From a virus, in IMG/VR virus record IMGVR_UViG_3300029789_000007: a stretch of DNA of 63,700 nucleotides. One strand, given 5' to 3'. This document shows, one piece after another, positions 37,329 to 46,828 of this stretch; position 1 is the stretch's first letter; each line of letters starts with the position of its first letter. A program made the position numbers and the translations under genes. The notes under the pieces are model-generated. The model saw nothing but the letters and a program-made list of their open reading frames with translations. It was not told the origin of the DNA and did no database searches.

Positions 37329-37851
37329 TAACCGCAGAAAGCTCGTAAGGCGGTCTTTCACAGACTTTATGGACTTAGGCTACTATGTACTGTATTTGCA
37401 CCATGGATTTGGAAATAAGCGCATTGTAAGGCTTGAAAGAACCATAAATGAGTACCTTGGCAGGGCACAGAGCGAAAAAGAAATGAAAACCGAAACGCTT
37501 GTTGAACTTTTGAAAGTGAGATACGGCATTGATGTGCAGAAAGAGATTAATTTAATCCCAATGCAACAGTTGATTAGGATTTATCAGAGAAATAATCCAC
37601 TTACGATAAACGACACGAGGCAGCTTTTAAATGACACGGCATACAGTTACATGGCTTTAGCATGTACGGCACTTAAATTGATGTTTAAATTGCCGGTTAG
37701 AGAAATTAAAGAATTTATCGCAGAATTTAGGGGCTTAATCGACACGTTGTATAAATTTAATCAATTCGGTCTGACATTACCAAAGGTGGCGCAATGCCTT
37801 GCTGATGAAGTTAATTACGTTGATGAAAGGTACATAAAGGTGATTGATTAA
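37240..37851 (+). CDS. Hypothetical protein (start uncertain; ATG 37369 possible)
   Basis: ORF track; 5' end overlaps 37038..37328. Confidence 0.4.
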   Translation: MSNKLKLRKKHKEPDFTWTKSEKATLKSSNNRRKLVRRSFTDFMDLGYYVLYLHHGFGNKRIVRLERTINEYLGRAQSEKEMKTETLVELLKVRYGIDVQKEINLIPMQQLIRIYQRNNPLTINDTRQLLNDTAYSYMALACTALKLMFKLPVREIKEFIAEFRGLIDTLYKFNQFGLTLPKVAQCLADEVNYVDERYIKVID

Positions 37852-38113
37852 TGAGTTACGCATGGGATAACAACGGAACCCAAAATGCTCACATAAAGCA
37901 GATGAGGGACGATAGGCAGAAAGCCTACATGGAAAAACACAGAGACAATAAGGCATATGAGAGATTCAAACATATGCCGGATTATGGGAAAGGAGCGAAG
38001 CATGATTAAAGGCAGAAAAGTATACGACCCATTAACTGATACATGGAGCACAGGTTATTGGGTGGCTGATGATAAAGGAAATTATTACCCAGTGTGGGTA
38101 GAAAGGAGCAGTA

Positions 38114-38509
38114 ATGGAGAGATTAACGATTGATGAGATAATTGAGCATTGCGACAGAAAAACAAGGATGTACGAAAAAGCTTGTGACATTAAGTATCTC
38201 GAAACAACTATGAATAATTCTACAAAGGAGTATTGGGAACATAAACAAGTTGCTGAATATTTAAGAAAGTTCAAAGATTATAAGGGCTTAGAGGAACAGG
38301 GCAGACTTATCAAGTTGCCTTGTGAAGATGTGTATTTCATTGTTGATATAAACAATCCTAAGTATGCAATGGTTATGAAAAGACCTATAAGGGAGCTTGC
38401 GATATACGAGATTGAGGATATTGACAAGGAAAACTGCAAATATTTTTCCACAAAAGAAAAAGCCGAAGCAAAACTGAAAGAATTGAGAGGTGGAGAAGAT
38501 GAGCGATAA
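38114..38509 (+). CDS. Hypothetical protein
   Basis: ORF track. Confidence 0.4.
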   Translation: MERLTIDEIIEHCDRKTRMYEKACDIKYLETTMNNSTKEYWEHKQVAEYLRKFKDYKGLEEQGRLIKLPCEDVYFIVDINNPKYAMVMKRPIRELAIYEIEDIDKENCKYFSTKEKAEAKLKELRGGEDER

Positions 38510-38948
38510 GCAGAGCAATCTCACAGACAAAGAAATGGAAGATTTACAGAGCATAGTAACTGACACATTAGCAAGTGTATGTGCTATGGCAGATAAGAAC
38601 AACATTGATAGAGATAGTATGCTGAAATACTTTGCTGATATGCTCACAGCTTTTACAGAAGTGGCAAGCATACAGAATTATGAAACTAACCACACTTGTA
38701 ACTGCCAGCGCAACAGCAATTCAAGAGATAATGAGCCTTGTTGCAGGTGCGATAGCAAACAGACCAATGCTGACAGGATAAGGAATATGTCGGATGAAGA
38801 GTTAGCAGAATGGCTTACGAACATGTGCGATATCGAAAGACATGGAGAACCATTTAAGTCAATTTACAATCTTGGCACAGAGCAGGAAGAGGAAATACAC
38901 GACAGTTACGGCGATTTACTTAATTGGCTTCAATCAGAAGCAGAATAG
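38499..38948 (+). CDS. Hypothetical protein
   Basis: ORF track. Confidence 0.4.
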   Translation: MSDKQSNLTDKEMEDLQSIVTDTLASVCAMADKNNIDRDSMLKYFADMLTAFTEVASIQNYETNHTCNCQRNSNSRDNEPCCRCDSKQTNADRIRNMSDEELAEWLTNMCDIERHGEPFKSIYNLGTEQEEEIHDSYGDLLNWLQSEAE

Positions 38949-38956
38949 GAGAGAAT

Positions 38957-39370
38957 ATGGAAGATAGATATTTATTCAAAGCTAAGAGAGTTAATAATGG
39001 AGAATGGGTTATTGGTTATTATGGAGTTATCGGGAAAAGAAATGTAATTATTGAGAAATACGCAGAAAATTATTATTGTCCTGATACATGCGAATCTCGA
39101 CATGGAAATCAAATTCACGAAGTAAATTCAAAGACAATCTGCCAATGCACAGGCTTGAGAGATAAGAACGGCAAGCTGATTTGGGAGAATGATATTGTAA
39201 AAATAAATAATGACAAGGTGAATACACTTATAACATTTAGAGATTTTGAAATTATATGTACAATTCCTAACGAAAAATATTATAAGCACAGACTTGAGTA
39301 TGATACTGAATATGAAGTTATCGGCAACATTTTTGATAATAAAGAGTTATTAGAAAGTGAGGAAAAGTAA
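38957..39370 (+). CDS. YopX-family protein
   Basis: FKAKRVNNGEWVIGYY...QCTGLRDKNGKLIWENDIV...YEVIGNIFDN. Confidence 0.7.
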   Translation: MEDRYLFKAKRVNNGEWVIGYYGVIGKRNVIIEKYAENYYCPDTCESRHGNQIHEVNSKTICQCTGLRDKNGKLIWENDIVKINNDKVNTLITFRDFEIICTIPNEKYYKHRLEYDTEYEVIGNIFDNKELLESEEK

Positions 39371-39555
39371 TAGTTTATATTTTATTAATTTTATTATTTG
39401 TACTTATTGAGTTAGGTATCTCTTTGATAGAAAGCTTTGTTATATCATGGATAGCTTGTATATTAGGCATTAACATAGCATTTAAGATAATTTTATTTGT
39501 GGTATTTATTATAAATTTGTTTTTGTCTATAAAAGGAAATTAAGGAGGAAAAGTA

Positions 39556-39987
39556 ATGAATCGTGTAATTTTATGTGGAAGAGTTGTTAGAGACCCAGAG
39601 ATTAGATATTCACAGACAGTAAACGGAAGTATGGCGGTAGCAAAATACACATTAGCCGTTGACAGAGCTTTTAAGAAAGAGGGTGAACAGGCAGCAGACT
39701 TTATTAACTGCATTGCATTTGGCAAGAATGGAGAGTTTGCAGAGAAGTATTTACACCAGGGAACTAAGATTATCGTTGAGGGCAGATGGCAGACAGGCAA
39801 TTATACTAACAAGGACGGACAGAAAGTCTACACTAATGATTGCGTTGTTGAAAGACACGAATTTTGCGAAAGCCGTGCTAATCAGCAGAATAATAATAAC
39901 AATGGAATTATGGGCGGTAATGCTAGTTCAGACAGCTTTATGTCAATTCCAGATGGTGTAGCTGACGAGGGATTACCGTTTAATTAA
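39556..39987 (+). CDS. ssb: Single-stranded DNA-binding protein, copy 2
   Basis: MNRVILCGRVVRDPEIRY and tail DSFMSIPDGVADEGLPF; about half of residues shared with copy 1. Confidence 0.9.
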   Translation: MNRVILCGRVVRDPEIRYSQTVNGSMAVAKYTLAVDRAFKKEGEQAADFINCIAFGKNGEFAEKYLHQGTKIIVEGRWQTGNYTNKDGQKVYTNDCVVERHEFCESRANQQNNNNNGIMGGNASSDSFMSIPDGVADEGLPFN

Positions 39988-39999
39988 AGAGGTGTGGGT

Positions 40000-40290
40000 A
40001 TGAAAGAGAATGAAGCAATAGAAAAACTGAAAAATATGCGATTATTTATGCAGATTGAGGACAAGAGCAACGACTTCAAGTTTACAGAAGATGATTACAA
40101 GGCTAACGAAATGGCGATACGGGCACTTGAAAAGCAGATACCGAAGAAACCTATTAAGAGCAAAAAACAAGTAGTTAGGTATGTTAATACATATTGTTGT
40201 CCGATTTGTAATTTGAAATTTACTGGAACAGGTATTGCAAAATGGTGTTACCATTGCGGTCAGAAATTAGATTGGGGTGATAGTGATTGA
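40000..40290 (+). CDS. Small C-terminal zinc-ribbon protein (paralogue of 41350..41565)
   Basis: CCPICNLKFTGTGIAKWCYHCGQKLDW compared with CPVCGQIFTGEDIIKYSYKWCYNCGQRVDF. Confidence 0.45.
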   Translation: MKENEAIEKLKNMRLFMQIEDKSNDFKFTEDDYKANEMAIRALEKQIPKKPIKSKKQVVRYVNTYCCPICNLKFTGTGIAKWCYHCGQKLDWGDSD

Positions 40291-40886
40291 ATTACCAGAA
40301 CATAGTAAGAGCTAAGGCGATTGAACAGGAAAACAAAAAGCGACTATTGAAACTGAATCCAAAGCTGAATGACAGAAGTGGGATTTACTTCCTACTCCGA
40401 GAAGATGAAAACGGATTTAAGTATGCGTATGTCGGACAGGCAGTACATACAATCAGTAGATTAGCAAGCCACCTTGTAGGATATCAACAGCACATAGACC
40501 TTAGTTTACGCAAACATAAGCTGTATGACAAAGAGAAAAATCCTTATGGCTGGCGAGTTGAATTTCTGAATTTTCCCGAAAGCCAGCTTGACAAGAAAGA
40601 GAAGTATTACATCAAGCTATATGCCGATAAAGGTTATCAGCTTAGAAATGTCAGTTTAGGCGGTCAAGGAGAAAATCGTGCAAGCGGTTCAATAGGCGTG
40701 AGAAAAGCACCTAAAGGCTATATGCAGGGTGTACAACAGGGCAAAAAGGTGTTAGCGAGGGAATTATCCTCTATCGCAGAAAAACACCTTATAATCCGCT
40801 TAAAGCCCGAAAAAGAGCATAACAAGGTATCACAGAAACAGTATGAGAAGTTTATGGATTTATTGAAAGTAGGTGAGAGCGATTGA
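40287..40886 (+). CDS. GIY-YIG nuclease-domain protein, copy 2 (TTG start)
   Basis: Most residues of the first ~165 aa are identical to the 34090 copy; long identical nucleotide runs. Confidence 0.7.
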   Translation: MNYQNIVRAKAIEQENKKRLLKLNPKLNDRSGIYFLLREDENGFKYAYVGQAVHTISRLASHLVGYQQHIDLSLRKHKLYDKEKNPYGWRVEFLNFPESQLDKKEKYYIKLYADKGYQLRNVSLGGQGENRASGSIGVRKAPKGYMQGVQQGKKVLARELSSIAEKHLIIRLKPEKEHNKVSQKQYEKFMDLLKVGESD

Positions 40887-41353
40887 ATAAGCCTATATTA
40901 GATGTTTGTTGTGGGAGTAAGATGTTTTATTTTGATAAAGAAAATCCTGATGTATGCTTTATGGATTGCAGAGAGCTAGAAGATACTCTTTGCGATGGCC
41001 GTAAATTAAAAATAAATCCGGATATAGTAGCAGATTTTCGGAACATTCCATTTGATGATAATACGTTTTACATGGTTGTGTTTGACCCACCGCATTTGTT
41101 AAAAGTTGGTGAAAAATCTTGGTTGGCCAAGAAGTACGGGAAGCTATCTGATACTTGGCCACAGGATTTAAAACAAGGATTCGATGAATGCATGAGGGTT
41201 CTGAAGCCATACGGAACATTGATTTTTAAATGGAACGAACAGCAGATAAAATTATCGGAAGTTTTAAAATGCTTTAGTAAAAAGCCTATATTCGGGAACA
41301 AAAGAGCAGATACGCATTGGATTGTATTTATGAAAGTGGGTGATTCAGAATGA
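40883..41353 (+). CDS. SAM-dependent DNA methyltransferase-like protein (DPPH motif)
   Basis: LDVCCGS (motif I-like) and VVFDPPH (DPPY/H-like motif IV). Confidence 0.5.
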   Translation: MNKPILDVCCGSKMFYFDKENPDVCFMDCRELEDTLCDGRKLKINPDIVADFRNIPFDDNTFYMVVFDPPHLLKVGEKSWLAKKYGKLSDTWPQDLKQGFDECMRVLKPYGTLIFKWNEQQIKLSEVLKCFSKKPIFGNKRADTHWIVFMKVGDSE

Positions 41354-41565
41354 AAAGGAATGATTGCATAGAGGTATTAGACCACTTAAAAGAAAAGCTG
41401 AAAGAAAAAGATATAATTGCTGTACAGGATAGTGAAGATGATTATAAATGTCCTGTATGCGGTCAGATTTTTACAGGAGAAGATATTATCAAATACTCTT
41501 ACAAGTGGTGCTATAACTGCGGTCAGAGAGTAGATTTTACTCTTCCGCGAAACAGATTTAACTAA
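41350..41565 (+). CDS. Small zinc-ribbon protein
   Basis: See 40000..40290. Confidence 0.45.
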   Translation: MKRNDCIEVLDHLKEKLKEKDIIAVQDSEDDYKCPVCGQIFTGEDIIKYSYKWCYNCGQRVDFTLPRNRFN

Positions 41566-41632
41566 CTAAAAATCAAAGAAAGGAATAGGTTGTCGCGACA
41601 TAAAACCGAGGTTTCCTTTTGGTAGATTTAAA

Positions 41633-42364
41633 ATGATAGTACATTGTTTATTTGAGCAGTCAGGCACATTCAAGAACGTTTTCAAAAAGTATGGAATTGA
41701 AGCCTACGACTATGATATTCAGAATGAATTTAACGAAACTGACTATGTTACTGACCTTTTTAAAGAGATAGAGGGGGGGTATCAAGGTGAGCCGAGTTTG
41801 TTTGATAAGATAAGCCCTGGCGATTTGATATTTGCGTTTTTCCCTTGCATAAGGTTTGAAAATCAGATAATGCTATGGTTCAGAGGACAGTCGGCAAGTC
41901 AGAAAAAATGGTCTTTAGAAGAAAAATGCGAATTTGATATGAATTTGCTTAAAGAAGTTTCACTTATGTATGATTTGGTAAACAAAATGTTTATTATTTG
42001 CACGAGAAAAGGATTAAAACTAGTAATGGAGAATCCTTATTCAGAAGAGCATTTTTTAAGACGATATTGGTGCTATTCCCCAGCGGTAATTGACAGAGAC
42101 AGGAGAGATAGCGGAGATTACTTTAAAAAGCCTACGCAATATTGGTTTTTGAATTGTGAGCCACAGAATAATCTTATTTTTGAGCCAATTAGTTATAACG
42201 CTATCGAATGTAAGGACACTATAAAAACAATGGCAAAAGAACATTATACAAAAACAGGGGCAGACAATGTTAAAACAGCAAGGTCAATGATACACCCACA
42301 GTACGCAGATAGATTTATCAGACAGTATATTCTTGATGAAGAAATATGGAGAGGTAAACAATGA
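41633..42364 (+). CDS. C5-cytosine methyltransferase-like protein (short)
   Basis: CLFEQSGTF (motif I-like), FFPCIRF (PC motif IV-like), VMENP (ENV-like); no obvious target-recognition domain. Confidence 0.4.
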   Translation: MIVHCLFEQSGTFKNVFKKYGIEAYDYDIQNEFNETDYVTDLFKEIEGGYQGEPSLFDKISPGDLIFAFFPCIRFENQIMLWFRGQSASQKKWSLEEKCEFDMNLLKEVSLMYDLVNKMFIICTRKGLKLVMENPYSEEHFLRRYWCYSPAVIDRDRRDSGDYFKKPTQYWFLNCEPQNNLIFEPISYNAIECKDTIKTMAKEHYTKTGADNVKTARSMIHPQYADRFIRQYILDEEIWRGKQ

Positions 42365-42621
42365 AACACTACAAACCAATTAAATGTGTAGTCTGTAGCA
42401 AGATATTTACACCGGCCGCAGCTAACCAAAATACGTGTTGCGAAGCGCATAGACAGCAGAGAGCTACGGAATTAAGAAAAATCAGAGAAAAGAAAAGACT
42501 TAAAAGAAAGCCTGTTAAGAAAAACAAACTTGCGGAAATCTGCGAGATTGCTAAGAGTAAGGGCATGAGCTACGGACAATATATGGCAGAACAATACAAA
42601 AAGGAAGTGATGATAAAATGA
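42361..42621 (+). CDS. Small basic Cys-containing protein
   Basis: CVVCSKIF...CCEAH then K/R-rich helix. Confidence 0.4.
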   Translation: MKHYKPIKCVVCSKIFTPAAANQNTCCEAHRQQRATELRKIREKKRLKRKPVKKNKLAEICEIAKSKGMSYGQYMAEQYKKEVMIK

Positions 42622-42758
42622 ATGAATGTTGTGGAAATTGCAAATATCATCAATACGAGGATATATCGCAAGGTTGGGTATGCTGTAACCAAGATAGCGA
42701 ATATGTAGCTGATTGGACAGATTATACCGATTGTTGCGAGGAATGGGAGAGCAGATGA
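42618..42758 (+). CDS. 46-aa Cys-rich ORF
   Basis: Own translation MNECCGNCKYHQYEDISQGWVCCNQDSEYVADWTDYTDCCEEWESR. Confidence 0.3.
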   Translation: MNECCGNCKYHQYEDISQGWVCCNQDSEYVADWTDYTDCCEEWESR

Positions 42759-42897
42759 ATAGCAGAACTATAAGTGATATAGAGCCGATTAAAAAACAAT
42801 GTGTGTACGAGGATAACAGGCCGTGTAACAGCTCATGCCGATACTCAAATACTTGTATACACAGTGCGAACAAAACCGAAGGATAGGAGATAGGCTT

Positions 42898-43299
42898 ATG
42901 AAGTTTTCAAAACTTACTAAGCCGGAACTTGAAGAGATTATGAAAAATGCCAATTTCACCGATGAGGAAGTGGAAGTTTTTAAGTTGCTAGTTGCTGATA
43001 AAAGCCTTGAAGAGGTATCACAGAGACTATTAATCTCAAAAACAACCACTTCCCGGAGAGTGGCAGACATTAAAGAAAAGATAGAAAGGAGTCAGGCAAT
43101 GATTAACAAAGTGCCAATATGGGAAAAGGTAACGCTGACGATTGATGAGGCCGCTGAATACAGCAATATCGGAATTAACAGAATCAATGATATGCTTAAT
43201 AATCCCTCGTGCCCTTTTGTACTTTTTGTCGGGAGAGGTAAGCGATTAGTCAAGCGCAAGGAATTTGAGAAATATCTCGAAAAGACAGATAGTATATAG
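42898..43299 (+). CDS. Sigma-r4-like HTH fused to excisionase-family HTH (Xis-like)
   Basis: FTDEEVEVFKLLVADKSLEEVSQRLLISKTTTSRRV plus VTLTIDEAAEYSNIGINRINDML..FVLFVGRGKRLVKRKEFEKYL; directly upstream of the integrase. Confidence 0.55.
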   Translation: MKFSKLTKPELEEIMKNANFTDEEVEVFKLLVADKSLEEVSQRLLISKTTTSRRVADIKEKIERSQAMINKVPIWEKVTLTIDEAAEYSNIGINRINDMLNNPSCPFVLFVGRGKRLVKRKEFEKYLEKTDSI

Positions 43300-43314
43300 A
43301 TATATTGAATTATA

Positions 43315-43358
43315 AGCCATTATGTAGTAATATAGAAATTATCATATAATGGCTTTTG
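43315..43358 (+). terminator. Hairpin with T-run between xis-like and int
   Basis: aagccattat...ataatggctt (10 bp) then tttt. Confidence 0.5.
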
Positions 43359-43383
43359 ATTTTGAAAGGAGCCATAAATCAGT

Positions 43384-44571
43384 ATGGGAAAGGATTTGAG
43401 AGGAAAAGAGCTGGGAGTCGGAATAACCCAGCGCAAGGACGGACTTTATCAGGGCAGATATAAAGATAGGTTCGGCAAGAGCAAGACAATTTACAACAGC
43501 AAGTTGTCAGAACTGCGGAAAGAACTCAGTAAAGCAGTGACCGACAATCAACAATTCGCAAGTGTTAGAGACAGCATTACCCTCGATGCGTGGTTTGACA
43601 GGTGGATGAATGTATACAAGAAAAAGAGAGTGCGCCCCAATACCATTAGGGAGTACACGCATATATATAGGAAGAACATTTCACCATACTTAGGAAACCA
43701 TGAAATAACATCTATTCGCAAGTCAGATGTGCAGTTACTTATCGACAAAGCTTCTGACGATAACTATAAGTATGAGAGACAGAGCAAAATCAAGGTTATT
43801 TTAAATGACATGTTCAGTAGAGCTATGGAAGATGACCTGATGATTAAGAATCCGGCGAAAGGTGTAAAGTTGAGAGCAGACAAGGAAGTTAATGCTTTTG
43901 CATTGACAGTAGAGCAGCAGAACGAGTTTTTTGAAGCGTGCAAGGGCACGTTTTACGACAACATGTATAATGTGGCGGTTAATACAGGCTTGCGCCCAGG
44001 AGAACTGTTTGCACTCACAATGGCAGATATACATATGGACGAGGGCTATATTGATGTTAATAAGACACTTGTGTATCAGAAATACCTTGAAGATAAAGGC
44101 AAGACATTTCATGTTGAGCCGCCAAAAACCAAGCAGAGTTACAGACACGTACCAATTAACAGTGTGTGCAAGGAATATCTGACAAAGCAATTTGAACTTA
44201 AAAAGATAGTTTCGGCACGCAGACCCAAGGAGCAAAACGAATATTTGTTTGTTACAAGGTTCAACACACCGATTAATTCGGTTATATACAGCGACTCTAT
44301 ACGTTCAGTTGTAAGACGGATAAATGACACAAAGAGCAGTGACAATGAATTTCCATTTTTTAGCGGTCACACATTCAGACATACGTTTGCGACAAGATGT
44401 TTTGAGTCAGGGATAGAGCCGAAAGTCGTTCAATCATATTTGGGCCATGCAACACTGAAAATGACAATGGACTTGTATACACATGTTACACCTGAAAAAT
44501 CGTTTGCTGACATTGAAAAAATCGTTGGCACCGGCAACAAAATCATAGAATATAGAAGAAAATGTGTGTAG
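43384..44571 (+). CDS. int: Tyrosine integrase with Tn916-Int-type N-terminal arm-binding domain
   Basis: GITQRKDGLYQGRYKDRFGKSKTIYNSKLSELRKEL (arm-binding type); C-terminal HTFRHTFATR...LGHATLKMTMDLYTHV catalytic region. Confidence 0.9.
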   Translation: MGKDLRGKELGVGITQRKDGLYQGRYKDRFGKSKTIYNSKLSELRKELSKAVTDNQQFASVRDSITLDAWFDRWMNVYKKKRVRPNTIREYTHIYRKNISPYLGNHEITSIRKSDVQLLIDKASDDNYKYERQSKIKVILNDMFSRAMEDDLMIKNPAKGVKLRADKEVNAFALTVEQQNEFFEACKGTFYDNMYNVAVNTGLRPGELFALTMADIHMDEGYIDVNKTLVYQKYLEDKGKTFHVEPPKTKQSYRHVPINSVCKEYLTKQFELKKIVSARRPKEQNEYLFVTRFNTPINSVIYSDSIRSVVRRINDTKSSDNEFPFFSGHTFRHTFATRCFESGIEPKVVQSYLGHATLKMTMDLYTHVTPEKSFADIEKIVGTGNKIIEYRRKCV

Positions 44572-44840
44572 TAAGTGTGTAGTAGTACACACTCTCAATT
44601 TACAGAATGTTGAAAAATCAGCACTTGTAGGGCATTTTTATACTAAAACTGGTAAAATTATTATGTATATCAAGGAGTGCCATACGATTTCGTAAATAAT
44701 GGCGCAATCCTAAGAAAATAAAGGGTCTGCGGGATTTTCGTAAAATCGTAAAAAATATAAAATTCTATGTATTTTAATGCATTTTAATGCGAAAAGTGTG
44801 TAGTAACTGTGTAGTAACCACCCCAAAAAGTGTGTAGTAA
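44564..44840 (+). repeat. attP region with five direct (G/C)TGTGTAGTA(A/G) arm-type repeats
   Basis: Copies at 44564-44574, 44575-44585, 44796-44806, 44807-44817 and 44830-44840; also tandem attttaatgc x2 (44771-44790) and gattt(t)cgtaaa x2. Confidence 0.6.
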
Positions 44841-44878
44841 AAATTGTATATAGAAAAGCCATTATATGACACAAATAT

Positions 44879-44911
44879 GAGAAGAACATGGAAATGCTCT
44901 TCTCTTTTTTT
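44879..44911 (+). terminator. Intrinsic terminator
   Basis: gagaaga...tcttctc then ttttttt. Confidence 0.6.
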
Positions 44912-45061
44912 ATGCCACAATTTAGGCATAAGGAGATGATGTTGTGTTTGACGATGATGTGAGAGAAAAAATATTTGCTAAAAGTGAGTTACAAAAAATC
45001 GACCTAATGACATTATCCCTTGTCATTAAAGTGATAGAGGAAGTTTTGGAGGAAAGAGAAA

Positions 45062-45517
45062 ATGAACATGCCGTATCAGCAACCAATGATGAATTATACA
45101 CCTAATTATGGAGCGTATCAGTACAACCCAATGGCGAGCTATCAGAGATACCAACAGCCCGAACCAACACAAGGCATAAGTGGCAGAGTAGTACAAGCGG
45201 TTGAGACTATTAACCCCAACGAGGTGCCAATGGATGGCAGTGTAGCATTTTTCCCAAAACAGGATTTAACAGAGATATATGCCAAGAGTTGGAATGCTGA
45301 CGGAACAATCCGCACATTGACTTTTAAGCCGGTTTTAAATGATAAGACAGACGTTTTATCGGGTGACACGGAAAAACTTGAATTTGACCTATCAGAGAAA
45401 GCCACAGAGGGTATTATGGCAAAGCTCAACGAACTATCAGAGAAAATTGAGCAATTATCTTTAGGGGCACAAAGAAAAACTTCGCGAACACAAAACAAGG
45501 AGAGTGAAAAAGCATGA
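45062..45517 (+). CDS. Cargo protein with Q/Y/N/P-rich N-terminus
   Basis: MNMPYQQPMMNYTPNYGAYQYNPMASYQRYQQPEP then a globular part; GGAGGAAAG RBS. Confidence 0.5.
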   Translation: MNMPYQQPMMNYTPNYGAYQYNPMASYQRYQQPEPTQGISGRVVQAVETINPNEVPMDGSVAFFPKQDLTEIYAKSWNADGTIRTLTFKPVLNDKTDVLSGDTEKLEFDLSEKATEGIMAKLNELSEKIEQLSLGAQRKTSRTQNKESEKA

Positions 45518-45711
45518 ATGTAATGGGAATAATGCAACAGATAATGAGCAATAATCGTGTAATGGGGAATCCAATGATTAAGAATGCAATGAGCATGGCT
45601 CAAAGCGGAAACAGCAAGGGAATCGAGCAAATGGCGAGAAACCTATGCAAAGAAAAAGGCATTAATCCTGATGATGTAATGAAGCAGATTAGAGGTAATT
45701 TTGGAATATAG
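45514..45711 (+). CDS. Small Met/Asn-rich protein
   Basis: ORF track; ATGA overlap with the upstream gene. Confidence 0.45.
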   Translation: MNVMGIMQQIMSNNRVMGNPMIKNAMSMAQSGNSKGIEQMARNLCKEKGINPDDVMKQIRGNFGI

Positions 45712-45767
45712 CATATGAGAGAACGTGCGCACGGCTCTTTATGAAATAAATTTTGGAGGTAAAACAG

Positions 45768-46535
45768 ATGTTCAACACAGGAAATTGTCCAAGCGTACCT
45801 ATTGTGGCGAATTTGGACGGAAACAACGGAAATAACTGGAATGACGGCTCTTGGCTTTGGTTCCTTATCGTAGTATTTGCGATATTCGGAGGCTGGGGTA
45901 ACGGCTTTGGTGGTTTCGGTGGCACTAATGGTGGTGTCGGCAGTGAAATCCAGAGAGGATTTGACAATCAGGCAGTTATCAGCAAGTTAGATGGCATTTC
46001 CAACGGACTTTGTGACGGCTTTTATGCCATGAACAACAGTATGCTCACAGGTTTTAATGGTATTAACACAAATATCATGCAGACAGGATACGGCATACAA
46101 CAGGCGGTAAACGCTGATACAGTTGCTAATATGCAGAATACCAACGCTTTACAGTCACAGCTTGCTAACTGCTGCTGCGAGACGAGAGAAGCCATCCAAG
46201 GTGTAAACTACAACATGGCAACTAACACTTGTGCTTTACAGAACACAATGAACAATAATACAAGAGATATTATTGACAGCCAGCAGGCAGGCTTTAGAAG
46301 CATATTAGACTACTTATGTCAGGATAAGATAGCAACACTTACAGCAGAGAATAACGATTTACGCAGAGCTGCTTCACAGGATAGACAGAATGCACTTCTG
46401 ACTACTACAATGGCAGCGCAGACAAATCAGATTATTGATGCAGTAAGACCTACACCGGTACCATCATTCCCGGCAAGCAACCTTTATGGATATGCTTATA
46501 ACGGATGCGGATGTAATACAGGTTGCGGATGCTAA
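45768..46535 (+). CDS. Membrane-anchored Gly/Asn/Cys-rich protein ending GCGCNTGCGC
   Basis: TM WLWFLIVVFAIFGGW, GNGFGGFGGTNGG, CCC and C-terminal GCGC repeats; GGAGGT RBS. Confidence 0.5.
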   Translation: MFNTGNCPSVPIVANLDGNNGNNWNDGSWLWFLIVVFAIFGGWGNGFGGFGGTNGGVGSEIQRGFDNQAVISKLDGISNGLCDGFYAMNNSMLTGFNGINTNIMQTGYGIQQAVNADTVANMQNTNALQSQLANCCCETREAIQGVNYNMATNTCALQNTMNNNTRDIIDSQQAGFRSILDYLCQDKIATLTAENNDLRRAASQDRQNALLTTTMAAQTNQIIDAVRPTPVPSFPASNLYGYAYNGCGCNTGCGC

Positions 46536-46670
46536 ACAATTAAATAATTGAGTATCTTAATCGAGTTCTTTCGAGTTTCTTTCGAGTTTCCACTCGAAGA
46601 CCTGAATACAAGATTATGTCTGCTAAGCAGTATTACTTGATGTTACCGACACAAATGTCGGGAAGATAAA

Positions 46671-46696
46671 GGGCAGACTATAATGTTTGCCCTTTT
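46671..46696 (+). terminator. Intrinsic terminator
   Basis: gggcagac/tataat/gtttgccc then tttt. Confidence 0.55.
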
Positions 46697-46768
46697 GCAC
46701 ATTGAAAACCGAATATTAGTTGATGATTTGTAGATTTGATTTTTTCTAAAAAAACTTGAATTTTGGGG

Positions 46769-46797
46769 TTGACTTTTTGTACGTACTATTATATATT
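46769..46797 (+). promoter_or_regulatory. Promoter TTGACT-17-TATATT
   Basis: tggggttgac context also seen at the 24808 promoter. Confidence 0.45.
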
Positions 46798-46828
46798 AAA
46801 TGTGCGGACAGAAAGTGAGGTGTTTAAA

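Noticed and set aside
44564-44840. CRISPR-like array suggested by repeated gtgtgtagtaa
   Set aside because: The repeats are only 11 bp and partly adjacent without spacers. They flank an integrase gene, and no cas genes are present. Arm-type integrase sites are the better interpretation.
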